Below are positions 30,254 through 39,482 of a DNA stretch of 64,000 bases, one piece after another. The DNA is taken from positions 18,094 to 82,093 of the forward strand of contig JAIOSF010000032.1 of assembly GCA_021107755.1 (NCBI GenBank), in the 5' to 3' direction. The DNA comes from Arcobacteraceae bacterium. Its GTDB lineage: Bacteria; Campylobacterota; Campylobacteria; Campylobacterales; Arcobacteraceae. The notes beneath the pieces are model-generated. The model saw only the letters and a program-made list of their open reading frames with translations. It did not search any database and was not told the origin of the DNA. A program made the translations under genes and the position numbers. Numbering within the stretch: position 1 is the stretch's first letter; each line of letters starts with the position of its first letter.

Positions 30254-30349
30254 GTCGCAAAATGCGACCAGTTCAAAACTTGAAGTCGCATTTTGCGACA
30301 TCAAGTATATCTCACATTTTGTGATAACCTTCAAATTGCATTCTGCAAT
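30254..30349. promoter_or_regulatory. four 6-3-6 type palindromes (operator-like) upstream of the TA pair
   Basis: GTCGCAAAATGCGAC 30254-30268, GTCGCATTTTGCGAC 30285-30299, TCACATTTTGTGA 30312-30324, ATTGCATTCTGCAAT 30335-30349. Confidence 0.5.
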
Positions 30350-30481
30350 ATTTTCAAATCAAACTAAAATTTCATGATATTATATACAAAACCAAAAAAG
30401 ATAAATTGACAAAAGTGTATCCTATAGGATACAATTATAAAATATGATATAAAACAAACAGATATTTTTTCTAAGTGGCTT

Positions 30482-30742
30482 TTGAAACTAAAAGATATCA
30501 AAGGAAAAGTTTCTATACTTCGTAGAATTGATAGGATAAGAAAAGGAAACTTTGGAGACCATAAAGGTTTAGGGGATGAAGTATCTGAACTTAGGATAAG
30601 TGTTGGTGCTGGATATAGAGTGTATTACACCATAGAAAATAAAAAAGTTGTATTGCTTTTGGTTGGTGGAGATAAATCTTCTCAAAAAGTAGATATACAA
30701 AAAGCAAAAGAGTTGGCAAAGGAGTTAAAAGATGATAAATGA
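30482..30742 (+). CDS. addiction-module killer protein (RelE/HigB superfamily toxin); true start probably upstream at a non-canonical codon
   Basis: GNFGDHKGLGDEVSELRISVGAGYRVYY...VVLLLVGGDKSSQKVDIQKAKELA matches the remembered family pattern. The frame is open from 30428 and encodes (I)KQTDIFSKWLLKL, which is typical of the family N-terminus. Only ATT/ATA codons (30434, 30437, 30449) are available there. Confidence 0.7.
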   Translation: MKLKDIKGKVSILRRIDRIRKGNFGDHKGLGDEVSELRISVGAGYRVYYTIENKKVVLLLVGGDKSSQKVDIQKAKELAKELKDDK

Positions 30743-31004
30743 TTTTGATATATCACAATATTTAGACTCAAAAGAGATGATAGCAGAGTATCTATCGCAA
30801 GTATTAGAAGATGGCGATATGGATGAGCTTTTAACAGCAATTGGTCATATCGCAAAAGCAAAAGGTATGAGTCAAGTATCAAAAGATACTAGTCTTGGTC
30901 GAGAGAGTTTATATAAAACATTTGCCAAGGGATCTAAACCTAAGTTTGATACTGTATTAAAAGTTCTTAATTCATTTGGTATAAAATTAAAAGCAAGTGC
31001 TTAA
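30732..31004 (+). CDS. addiction-module antidote protein (HigA-family HTH antitoxin)
   Basis: 90 aa. Overlaps the toxin stop by 11 nt. HIAKAKGMSQVSKDTSLGRESLYKTF HTH segment. Confidence 0.7.
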   Translation: MINDFDISQYLDSKEMIAEYLSQVLEDGDMDELLTAIGHIAKAKGMSQVSKDTSLGRESLYKTFAKGSKPKFDTVLKVLNSFGIKLKASA

Positions 31005-31053
31005 ATAGTACAAGTAACCCCTTTTTGATTGAAATTCAGATAAAATTCTATAT

Positions 31054-31404
31054 ATGAAAACAAAAGAAGATATTTACAACACTATAGAAGCATTAAAATC
31101 TGAACTTATAACATCCAGTGAGATAGATGATGTAGTTATTGATGGATTAACCATACTAAACAAACTTAGAAATTTATACAAAGAGGATAGAACACTTTTC
31201 GATACCCATCTTATTGGCGAGTTACAAAACCTCAAAAAGAGTATAGAATCAATTGATGAATGTTCTGAATTAATATATGACGATTTTTCAAAACATAATT
31301 GTAAAGAGCTTCAAAGAATAAAAGCTGTAATACCACAAAATGAGTATCTTTTATCACTTATAGATGAAAAAATAAAACAGTTTGAGCAGAATGAATACAA
31401 CTAA
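31054..31404 (+). CDS. hypothetical protein
   Basis: 116 aa, helical/acidic, no motif recognised. Confidence 0.4.
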   Translation: MKTKEDIYNTIEALKSELITSSEIDDVVIDGLTILNKLRNLYKEDRTLFDTHLIGELQNLKKSIESIDECSELIYDDFSKHNCKELQRIKAVIPQNEYLLSLIDEKIKQFEQNEYN

Positions 31405-31434
31405 TCTTCACAAAGCTCAACCCCAACTTTTAAT

Positions 31435-31470
31435 AAACCAATAGCCTTTAAAGTTATTGGTTTAATTTTA
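31435..31470. terminator. bidirectional terminator hairpin between convergent genes
   Basis: aaaccaata(31435-31443)/tattggttt(31455-31463), 9-bp stem followed by a T-rich tail. Confidence 0.55.
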
Positions 31471-33471
31471 TTAATCTATAGGTATAACAGGATTTAATCC
31501 TGCAGTAATATGTAAAAAGTGTCTGTGTTTTTCAAACTGATCAATAATGTCATTTGCAACTACATCCATCTCATATCCATAAATATCATACGCTTTATTA
31601 CCATCTTGTAAATAGACTTCAGCTCTAGCATATTTCTTTTGTTCATGGTTTGGATTAAGTATTTCTGGAAATGCATATGTTGGTGTATCATATCTACTGA
31701 ATCTTACTTCATAAATAAAGTCTAATTCACCATTGTGCTCTACTGTTAAAACAGAAACACTTTTTTCTTTATCATTGACAACTTCTACATTCCATCCATG
31801 TTTTTCAAGCTCTTCTTCTACATTTTCCATGGCAGTAATTACATCCTCATTGATGTACCTTCGTGTTTCTTCTGGCGGTGGAAATTCAATAAGTCTTGAA
31901 AGTCTATTTTGCCATGTTCCACTCACTTTTCCATGTCGACCTGCATTCATATGATGTTGCAGTGACTCGTACCGAATAGATTCTAAATGTAAAGCTTTAT
32001 AAAGTCCCCAGCAAGCAATAAGCATAATAATAGCAAATGGTAAAGCAATTACAATAGAAGCTGCCTGTAAAGCACCAAGTCCACCAGCTATTAATAATGC
32101 TGCTGCAACAACACCTTCAAGTACTGCCCAAAAGATTCTTTGCCATACAGGATTATTTTCTCTTCCACCACTTGAAATAGTATCAACTACCAAAGAACCT
32201 GAATCAGAAGAAGTTACAAAGAAAGTTATAACTAAAATAATAGCCACAATTGAAACTACACTAGCAAATGGAAAGTGTTCTAAAAACTTAAACAACGCAG
32301 TTGCAACATCTGCTGAAACAGCTGTACTTAAAGTCGTAAATCCTTCTTTCATGATTGCATGCAGTGCACTGTTTCCAAAAACTGTCATCCAAATAAAAGT
32401 AAATCCTACAGGGACAAAAAGCACACCAAGTACAAACTCTCTTATAGTTCTACCTCGTGAAACTCGTGCAATAAACATCCCAACAAAAGGTGCCCAGGCA
32501 ATCCACCAAGCCCAATAAAAGAATGTCCACCATCCCATCCATTGGGTATCTTCATAAATATATTGGTTAAAAGTCATTTGTACAATATGAGTTAAATAAC
32601 CCCCTATATTTTCAACCAATGCACCAAGTAAGAAAAAAGTGGGACCTGCTATAAATATAAATAAAACAAGACCAACAGCAAGATAAAGATTTAGCTCAGA
32701 TAATCGCTTAATCCCTCCATCAAGTCCTAAAACAACCGAAACTGTTGCCATTGCTGTAATAATAGCAATTAATATAATTTGTGTGGTAAGTTCCACAGGA
32801 ACATCAAAGATATAATTAAGTCCCGCATTGACTTGTAAAACCCCCAAGCCAAGAGAGGTCGCAACACCAAAAATAGTTCCAAGTATGGCAACAGTATCAA
32901 CACTATGTCCTATTTTTCCATAAATCTTGTCTCCAATCATTGGATAGAGTGCTGATCTAACAGAAAGAGGTAATCCATGTCTAAAAGAGAAGTAGGCCAG
33001 TACCAAACCAACAACAGCATAGATTGACCAAGCATGTAATCCCCAGTGAAAAAAAGTAATTCTCATGGCTTGTTTAGCTGCTTCTATTGTCTCTTTATCT
33101 CCAGTTGGAGGTGCACCATAGTGCATAACAGGTTCTGCTACACCCCAAAACATCAATCCAATACCCATACCAGCACTAAAAAGCATAGCAAACCATGAAG
33201 CATGACTATAAGCTGGTTTTGATTGGTCAGGTCCAAGTTTAAATCGTCCAAAGGGAGAAACAGCTAAAAATATTACAAACATAGTAAAAATTCCAACACT
33301 AAGCATATAAAGCCAACCAAATTTATCTGCTATAAACTGTTTCATACCATTAAAAGTTTCACCTGCTATTTGAGGCATTGCCATTGCAAATATTACAAGT
33401 ATTACAATAATCACAACAGAAGGATAAAAAACAGGCTTTAAAATGGTTGATTGTTTTTTCTTATTTTCCAT
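31471..33471 (-). CDS. BCCT family (betaine/carnitine/choline) transporter, BetT-like with C-terminal cytoplasmic extension
   Basis: 666 aa. About 12 TM helices, Trp-rich WTFFYWAWWIAWAPFVGMFIARVSRGRTIREF signature. Confidence 0.9.
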   Translation of the reverse strand: MENKKKQSTILKPVFYPSVVIIVILVIFAMAMPQIAGETFNGMKQFIADKFGWLYMLSVGIFTMFVIFLAVSPFGRFKLGPDQSKPAYSHASWFAMLFSAGMGIGLMFWGVAEPVMHYGAPPTGDKETIEAAKQAMRITFFHWGLHAWSIYAVVGLVLAYFSFRHGLPLSVRSALYPMIGDKIYGKIGHSVDTVAILGTIFGVATSLGLGVLQVNAGLNYIFDVPVELTTQIILIAIITAMATVSVVLGLDGGIKRLSELNLYLAVGLVLFIFIAGPTFFLLGALVENIGGYLTHIVQMTFNQYIYEDTQWMGWWTFFYWAWWIAWAPFVGMFIARVSRGRTIREFVLGVLFVPVGFTFIWMTVFGNSALHAIMKEGFTTLSTAVSADVATALFKFLEHFPFASVVSIVAIILVITFFVTSSDSGSLVVDTISSGGRENNPVWQRIFWAVLEGVVAAALLIAGGLGALQAASIVIALPFAIIMLIACWGLYKALHLESIRYESLQHHMNAGRHGKVSGTWQNRLSRLIEFPPPEETRRYINEDVITAMENVEEELEKHGWNVEVVNDKEKSVSVLTVEHNGELDFIYEVRFSRYDTPTYAFPEILNPNHEQKKYARAEVYLQDGNKAYDIYGYEMDVVANDIIDQFEKHRHFLHITAGLNPVIPID

Positions 33472-33530
33472 AATTCTCCCTTAATTTAAATCCATTGTAT
33501 CTTAAAGTAATAAAATATTCCTAAAAGAGG

Positions 33531-33561
33531 GGGAACTTATATTATTTAGATATAAGTTCCC
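33531..33561 (-). terminator. rho-independent terminator of the 33574-34203 gene
   Basis: Perfect 11-bp stem gggaacttata/tataagttccc with a 9-nt loop. T-rich tract follows on the minus strand. Confidence 0.6.
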
Positions 33562-33573
33562 TTTTACAGTAAA

Positions 33574-34203
33574 CTAATCCTCACAAATTTCAATCCCAAT
33601 TTTCAAAAATCCAGTAAAAGCAGCATTATCAAAAGTAAGTGAGTCATCTATATTCGATTTCATCTCATTTAAAATTTCAGTATAGTTCTCATAAAACTCA
33701 AAACTAGGTTTTGGTTTGTAGATTAGACTTTCAAGTTCAAAATATTTGATAATATTTTTGGTGGTAGTTGGTTTGATGAAATACTCTGTTTGTCTATTTA
33801 TACTATATGGAATGATACTAATAAGAGTCCATTTTGCTAAGTTATATTGAGCCAAGAATTCTACTAAACCCTCAAATCCCTCTTTTTTATCCCCATATAA
33901 AAGTTCATATATCTCGATACTTAGCATATCTTTTTCATAAGAGTTTAAACTTGTAATGGCATCTTTTAATTTTAACTTATCAAAGAGTGAAACCATAACT
34001 GACTTTTGTATAGTTTTAAAAAAGCCATCAACCACTAGGTGTGGATTTGAAAAATTCTCTTTTTTAAGTGCCTCTTTTGCAAATTCTTCTAGCTTTTCAG
34101 GTTTAAACTTTTTCATTGTAGGAAAAAAGTGTGCATCCTCAAAACCTTTTGGGTATCTCTCTAAAAATTCTGATTCTAAATCTTTTAATTTTTCTAAATT
34201 CAT
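33574..34203 (-). CDS. hypothetical protein
   Basis: 209 aa, no motif recognised. Confidence 0.45.
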   Translation of the reverse strand: MNLEKLKDLESEFLERYPKGFEDAHFFPTMKKFKPEKLEEFAKEALKKENFSNPHLVVDGFFKTIQKSVMVSLFDKLKLKDAITSLNSYEKDMLSIEIYELLYGDKKEGFEGLVEFLAQYNLAKWTLISIIPYSINRQTEYFIKPTTTKNIIKYFELESLIYKPKPSFEFYENYTEILNEMKSNIDDSLTFDNAAFTGFLKIGIEICED

Positions 34204-34268
34204 AGTATAATTGTACCATATTAAGTAAAGAAGCGATAACCTTTTATAAGAAAATTAGTGGAGTTGTA

Positions 34269-34517
34269 ATGTCATATTTTGTTTATATTTTAGAGTGTAG
34301 TGATGGAAGCTTATATACGGGTATCACCAAAGATGTATCAAAGAGATTAGATGAACATAACTCAAAAGATACTGGTGCAAAATATACAAAAGCAAGACGA
34401 CCTGTAAAGTTAGTATATCAAGAATCATCGAAGGATAGAAGTAGTGCATCAAAGCGTGAATATGAGATTAAACAATTTACAAGATCAAAAAAACTGCAAC
34501 TGATACAAAAAAGTTAA
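34269..34517 (+). CDS. GIY-YIG nuclease family protein (small, stand-alone)
   Basis: YFVYILECSDGSLYTGITKDVSKRLDEHN = GIY-YIG motif. Confidence 0.8.
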   Translation: MSYFVYILECSDGSLYTGITKDVSKRLDEHNSKDTGAKYTKARRPVKLVYQESSKDRSSASKREYEIKQFTRSKKLQLIQKS

Positions 34518-34605
34518 CAAACTCCCATTAAATTATTTAATACCAAAATAACACTTTAAAAACAAAAGTACACTTTTTGCATATATAATAAAAAGGGGCT
34601 AATAT

Positions 34606-35124
34606 ATGCAAGAGAAGAGAGAGTATCTCGAAGTTGACTTTATCATTTGGAATAGCAACTATGGTGTTCGTGATTTTGTCACCATAGGACGAGTTGATGA
34701 TTCAAAAAATGCATGGCTAGATGACCCTTATGAAATGGTTGGGCCATTTAGTTTAGATGAGCTTTTAGAAACTGGACAAATTAGTTTCGCTACTTGTGTT
34801 GTAATGTCTGATAAAAAATGGCAAGAGAAACAAAGTTCATTACGCCAAGAGTCTTTGAAGAGGCAATATAAAGCACAACAACAGTTTCAAGAAGAGATAA
34901 ATAGACACAACAAAAGTAGAAGAACATACCATACAAATCTAGAACAAACAAGCCAAAAAGAGCATCGTGAATTATTGTGTTTACCTATTGAAGGAGTGCT
35001 TGAAGTATCTCAAATAAAAGCTGCATATCGTTTGATTGTAAAAAAGGTACATCCAGATATGGGTGGAACTCATGAACAGTTTATAAAAATCACTCAAGCT
35101 CGTGATGCTTTACTTGAAAACTAG
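34606..35124 (+). CDS. J-domain-containing protein
   Basis: C-terminal AYRLIVKKVHPDMGG (HPD motif). Confidence 0.7.
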   Translation: MQEKREYLEVDFIIWNSNYGVRDFVTIGRVDDSKNAWLDDPYEMVGPFSLDELLETGQISFATCVVMSDKKWQEKQSSLRQESLKRQYKAQQQFQEEINRHNKSRRTYHTNLEQTSQKEHRELLCLPIEGVLEVSQIKAAYRLIVKKVHPDMGGTHEQFIKITQARDALLEN

Positions 35125-35193
35125 GCTAAAAGAACTTATAACAAAGATTATCCTATAATCACTTTTTAAAAATCACTTATAGCAAAGAGAATT

Positions 35194-37026
35194 ATGATAC
35201 AACTAACAAATATTTCAAAACATTTCGGAACTAAAGAACTTTTTTCAAATTTAAATTTTAGATTAAACTCATGCAATAGAGTAGGACTTGTGGGAAGAAA
35301 TGGTACAGGTAAATCAACTTTATTTAAACTGATACTGGGTGAAGAAACGCCTGATGAGGGGGATATTTCGATCCCTAAAGGGTACAAAATAGGAGCACTA
35401 AAACAGCATTTGGAGTTTAGTGAAACAACATTGAGGGATGAAACAGCATTAGCTTTAAGTGAAGATGACAAGTTTAGTATCTATAAAGTTGAGAAGATAT
35501 TATTTGGTTTGGGGTTTTCACAAGAAGATTTAGATAAAGACCCAATGTCATTTTCTGGGGGTTATCAGATTCGTATAAATCTTGCCAAACTGCTTATTAC
35601 AGAACCAAATCTATTACTTCTAGATGAGCCAACAAATTATCTTGATATTCTCTCACTTAGATGGTTAAAAAACTTTTTAAAAAACTTTGATGGAGAGGTT
35701 ATATTAATCACTCATGATAGAGATTTTATGGATGCTGTTTCAACTCATACTATGGGGATAGTGAGAAAAAATCTATTTACTATTCAAGGGAATACTTACA
35801 AGTTTTATGAACAACTAGCATCTGATGATGAACATCATGAAAAACAAAAAATTGCACAAGATAAAAAGAGAAAAGAACTAGAAGAGTTTATTGCAAAAAA
35901 TAAAGTCAGAGCCTCAACAGCAGCGCAAGCACAATCAAAAGTGAAACTCTTAGAAAAGATGGATGATATGGACTCAATAGTGGATGAAGCAACACTAGAG
36001 TTTAATTTTAACTACAAAGATACACCTGCAAAAGTATTGTTAGAGGTAAAAGATTTAACTTTTGGATACACAGCTGATAATATTTTATTTAAAGATATCT
36101 CTTTTACTCTTGAAAAAGGGGAAACACTTGGAATTATTGGTAAAAATGGAAAAGGGAAATCAACGCTTTTGAATACTATTGCAAAAGAGTTAAAGCAAAT
36201 AAGTGGAACAGTTGATTATCATCTCTCAACATCTTTTGGACATTTTGGACAAACAAATATTGCACACCTAAATCCAAACAATACAATTATGGATGAGATA
36301 TATGTAGCAAATTCTAAATTAGCAGAGTCAACAGTTCGAGGTATTTGTGGCTCTATGATGTTTAGTGGTGATGATGTAAAGAAAAAGATATCATTATTAT
36401 CAGGGGGAGAAAAAAGTAGAGTAATGCTTGGGCAAATTTTAGCAAAAGATGTGAATCTATTGTTTCTTGATGAGCCTACAAATCACCTTGATATGCAATC
36501 GATTGATTCTTTGACAAAAGCTATTAAAAACTTTAAAGGCTCTTGTATTGTTGTAACCCATAGTGAAGAGCTTTTACGACAAGTTTGTGATAGATTGATA
36601 GTCTTTTCAAAAGATGGTGCTGATTATTTCAATGGAACTTATGATGAGTTTTTAGAAAAAATTGGTTGGGAAGATGAAGAGTTTGATGATAAACCTAAAA
36701 AAGCTCCTAAAAAAGTAGATAAAAAAGAGAATAAAAAAATAAGAGCAGCTTTAATTACTGAAAAAAATAAACTTGCAACTCCTTTGAAAAAAGAGGTAGA
36801 AAAGTTAGAAAATAGTATTATGGAAATCGAAGATATGATTGAAAAAAAGCAAGCGGAACTTGTAAGTGCTTCAAATAGTGGAGATAATAGTAAGATAATA
36901 GAACTCTCCTCAATCATAGTAAAACATGAAAAAGAGGTTGAAGATAAGTTTGAACTACTTGAAGAAAATCAGTTAAAACTTGATGAGATCACACATGAGT
37001 ATGATAAAAAGTTAGAGATGATGTAA
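35194..37026 (+). CDS. ABC-F family ATPase (two NBDs, C-terminal coiled coil)
   Basis: Walker A GRNGTGKST and GKNGKGKST; signatures FSGGYQIR and LSGGEKSR; no TM segments. Confidence 0.9.
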   Translation: MIQLTNISKHFGTKELFSNLNFRLNSCNRVGLVGRNGTGKSTLFKLILGEETPDEGDISIPKGYKIGALKQHLEFSETTLRDETALALSEDDKFSIYKVEKILFGLGFSQEDLDKDPMSFSGGYQIRINLAKLLITEPNLLLLDEPTNYLDILSLRWLKNFLKNFDGEVILITHDRDFMDAVSTHTMGIVRKNLFTIQGNTYKFYEQLASDDEHHEKQKIAQDKKRKELEEFIAKNKVRASTAAQAQSKVKLLEKMDDMDSIVDEATLEFNFNYKDTPAKVLLEVKDLTFGYTADNILFKDISFTLEKGETLGIIGKNGKGKSTLLNTIAKELKQISGTVDYHLSTSFGHFGQTNIAHLNPNNTIMDEIYVANSKLAESTVRGICGSMMFSGDDVKKKISLLSGGEKSRVMLGQILAKDVNLLFLDEPTNHLDMQSIDSLTKAIKNFKGSCIVVTHSEELLRQVCDRLIVFSKDGADYFNGTYDEFLEKIGWEDEEFDDKPKKAPKKVDKKENKKIRAALITEKNKLATPLKKEVEKLENSIMEIEDMIEKKQAELVSASNSGDNSKIIELSSIIVKHEKEVEDKFELLEENQLKLDEITHEYDKKLEMM

Positions 37027-37034
37027 TGAGTTTT

Positions 37035-37412
37035 TTACTCATCATCAGTTTCTAACATCCCTAGGTTTTTTCTCACCATTTTTTTATATCTTTTCATATA
37101 TTTTTTTTCCATTGTTGGCATCACTTCCATTTTACAAGCATGGACAATGGGTGCAAATTCTGGTTTTGAAAATATAGTTTTTCTATTTCTTGCTAATTGT
37201 ATCAGTTGGTTCACATCGTTTTCAAGTTTTATATCACTTCTATCAGTAAGTGCATCATAAACATAAAAAAATACTTTTCTATCTTCATGGGTCATATTAC
37301 ATGAGTTGTCTAACATTTTAAGTGCAAGTTTTGATGCATATTCTATCTCTATTGGTTCAAAAGTATGATTAGTTGCCCAGTTGTAAGCTTTTTGGTAAAT
37401 ATTCTCTTCCAT
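37035..37412 (-). CDS. hypothetical protein
   Basis: Start moved to ATG 37412, which has GAAGGA 7 nt upstream. Begins MEENIYQKAY...; no motif recognised. Confidence 0.4.
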   Translation of the reverse strand: MEENIYQKAYNWATNHTFEPIEIEYASKLALKMLDNSCNMTHEDRKVFFYVYDALTDRSDIKLENDVNQLIQLARNRKTIFSKPEFAPIVHACKMEVMPTMEKKYMKRYKKMVRKNLGMLETDDE

Positions 37413-37538
37413 AGTAAATCCTTCAATTGTATCTAAATATAAATGCAAGATTTGTACCAATATATAAAACAAAGTAATAAACTTCAATTCAATTTAAACT
37501 TAATCCCTTATAATTATCTCTTATACTAGGAGAAAATT

Positions 37539-37985
37539 ATGAAACTACTTACTTTGGCTACAAGTGTAGCGTTATTATCAACAACTACTTTGGCAAAAGA
37601 GCCACGAACACCTGACCAAATCTTTGCAAAAAAGTGTGCTATGTGTCATACTATTGGAAAACCAGAGAGTAATATGGAGAGAATGAGAATGGTAGCACCT
37701 CCAATTGATGTTGCTATGTCGGGTGTTGTTATCACTATTGATGCAGTTGATGGACCTTTTAAAGATGATGAGTTAAGAAAGGAATCTATTGCATTTTTGA
37801 AAGATTATCTCTATAATCCAACAGCAGATAAAACAAATTGTGAAGATCAAGTTGTGAAAAATTTTGGACGAATGCCATCATTAAAAGGATTTTTATCTCC
37901 CGAAGAGTTAGATGTGGTAGTTCCTTGGGTATATGATACATTTAAGCCTGAAAAAGTAAATGGCGAATATCCAAAACATAACTAA
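37539..37985 (+). CDS. periplasmic c-type cytochrome
   Basis: Signal peptide and haem-binding CAMCH. Confidence 0.8.
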   Translation: MKLLTLATSVALLSTTTLAKEPRTPDQIFAKKCAMCHTIGKPESNMERMRMVAPPIDVAMSGVVITIDAVDGPFKDDELRKESIAFLKDYLYNPTADKTNCEDQVVKNFGRMPSLKGFLSPEELDVVVPWVYDTFKPEKVNGEYPKHN

Positions 37986-38548
37986 AAACTATTTTTAAAA
38001 CTTTTAAATATCACCTCTTTATGGTTGGTTCCTGTATCGGAACCTAGTACCATATTGACAAAATCATCATTTAAAAAACTTTTGTAAAATTTTTCTATTT
38101 TTGGATAAGAGTAAGTCTCTTTAAAAATAGGATAGATATAAACTTTTGCAAGATAAACTTGCATCAAAATATAAAGTGAAAATGTAAAAATAATTAATAC
38201 TTCAATAGCTGTAAAAACCTTAGCAAATACTATTTTTAGTTTTTCATTGTTGATATATGTTCTAGTAAATTGAAAAATATATTTCCAACTAAAATATATG
38301 ATAAAAAGATTTACCACAAAGGCTATAAGGATAAGTGTAGTATAGGTATCTGCTTTTGTGATATAAAGTTTTTGTAATAAAACTCCTGTATAGCTTGAAA
38401 GCTTTGCAGCAACGGTGATGATAAAAAATATTTTAAAATAGTGAAATATTTTGATATATATTTTTTTTTGGTAGCTATAGTAACAAGCAAAGATAATTAA
38501 CAATAAAAATAAAACATCTAAACTATAATAATAATTCAATACAAACAC
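37982..38548 (-). CDS. integral membrane protein (possibly CvpA family)
   Basis: 188 aa, 4-5 TM helices. Family guess only. Confidence 0.4.
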   Translation of the reverse strand: MFVLNYYYSLDVLFLLLIIFACYYSYQKKIYIKIFHYFKIFFIITVAAKLSSYTGVLLQKLYITKADTYTTLILIAFVVNLFIIYFSWKYIFQFTRTYINNEKLKIVFAKVFTAIEVLIIFTFSLYILMQVYLAKVYIYPIFKETYSYPKIEKFYKSFLNDDFVNMVLGSDTGTNHKEVIFKSFKNSF

Positions 38549-38647
38549 CTTGTTATTTTTAAAAACAGATTATACCAAATCTTTATAAATTCATATTTTA
38601 TTCATAAGGATTTACTATGATTTGACAAAAGGATGAAAGGGTAAAAT

Positions 38648-38773
38648 ATGGAAAAAGTTATTTTATTATTGCTGGCATCAATTGTAGCAATAACTTTGAT
38701 TACAGGTTGTACAAACCTTCAAAGCTATATGGAACAATCAAATGCACAACATAATCAACTAAAGCTAGGATAA
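38648..38773 (+). CDS. small lipoprotein (41 aa)
   Basis: Below the ORF-track size cut-off. MEKVILLLLASIVAITLITGCTNLQSYMEQSNAQHNQLKLG*, lipobox LITGC, AAAGGG SD 7 nt upstream. Confidence 0.5.
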   Translation: MEKVILLLLASIVAITLITGCTNLQSYMEQSNAQHNQLKLG

Positions 38774-38774
38774 T

Positions 38775-39419
38775 TTACCAAACTATAGGTTCTTTTCCTA
38801 TATTTTTTAAAAGAGTATTTGTTTGGCTAAAGTGTTTACAACCAAAAAATCCTCTATAACTTGAAAGTGGACTAGGATGAGGTGCGCTTAAAATATGATG
38901 TTTTTTTTCATCTATAAGTTTTGATTTTTTAATTGCAGGTGCACCCCATAGAATAAAAATAATATCCTCTTTATTTTTGGAAATATATTTGATAATATTA
39001 TCTGTAAAAATCTCCCAACCTTTTTTTTCATGAGATTTTGGTTTACTATCTTCTACGGTGAGAATAGTATTTATAAGTAAAACTCCTTGTTTTGCCCAAG
39101 GTGTTAAATCTCCATCTAAGCATTGACAATCTCCAATATCATCAATAATCTCTTTAATAATATTTACCATTGAGGGTGGGTTTTTGATATGATTTGGTGT
39201 TGAGAAAGCTAAACCTTGTGCTTGACCTTTTTGATGATATGGGTCTTGTCCTAGAATAACAACTTTAAGGTTATCATAATTACAAAGTTCAAATGCTTTA
39301 AAAATATTCTCTTTTTTTGGGTATACAGTAGCTATTTCATATTGTTTATCTATAAAGCTTTGTAACTCTTTATAATACTCTTTTTGTTGTTCTTCATATA
39401 TGATAGTTTTCCAGTCCAT
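38775..39419 (-). CDS. ung: uracil-DNA glycosylase
   Basis: GQDPYH water-activating loop, HPSPLS leucine-loop motif. Confidence 0.95.
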   Translation of the reverse strand: MDWKTIIYEEQQKEYYKELQSFIDKQYEIATVYPKKENIFKAFELCNYDNLKVVILGQDPYHQKGQAQGLAFSTPNHIKNPPSMVNIIKEIIDDIGDCQCLDGDLTPWAKQGVLLINTILTVEDSKPKSHEKKGWEIFTDNIIKYISKNKEDIIFILWGAPAIKKSKLIDEKKHHILSAPHPSPLSSYRGFFGCKHFSQTNTLLKNIGKEPIVW

Positions 39420-39482
39420 TTTCTGCCTATTAATTATTTTTTGGATATAATAGCCTAATTTTTATAAAAGGTATTATCAATT

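Noticed and set aside
31471-31990. Long C-terminal tail of the BCCT transporter as a possible novel fused domain.
   Set aside because: BetT-type BCCT carriers are known to carry extended cytoplasmic C-terminal regulatory domains, and the total size (666 aa) is typical.
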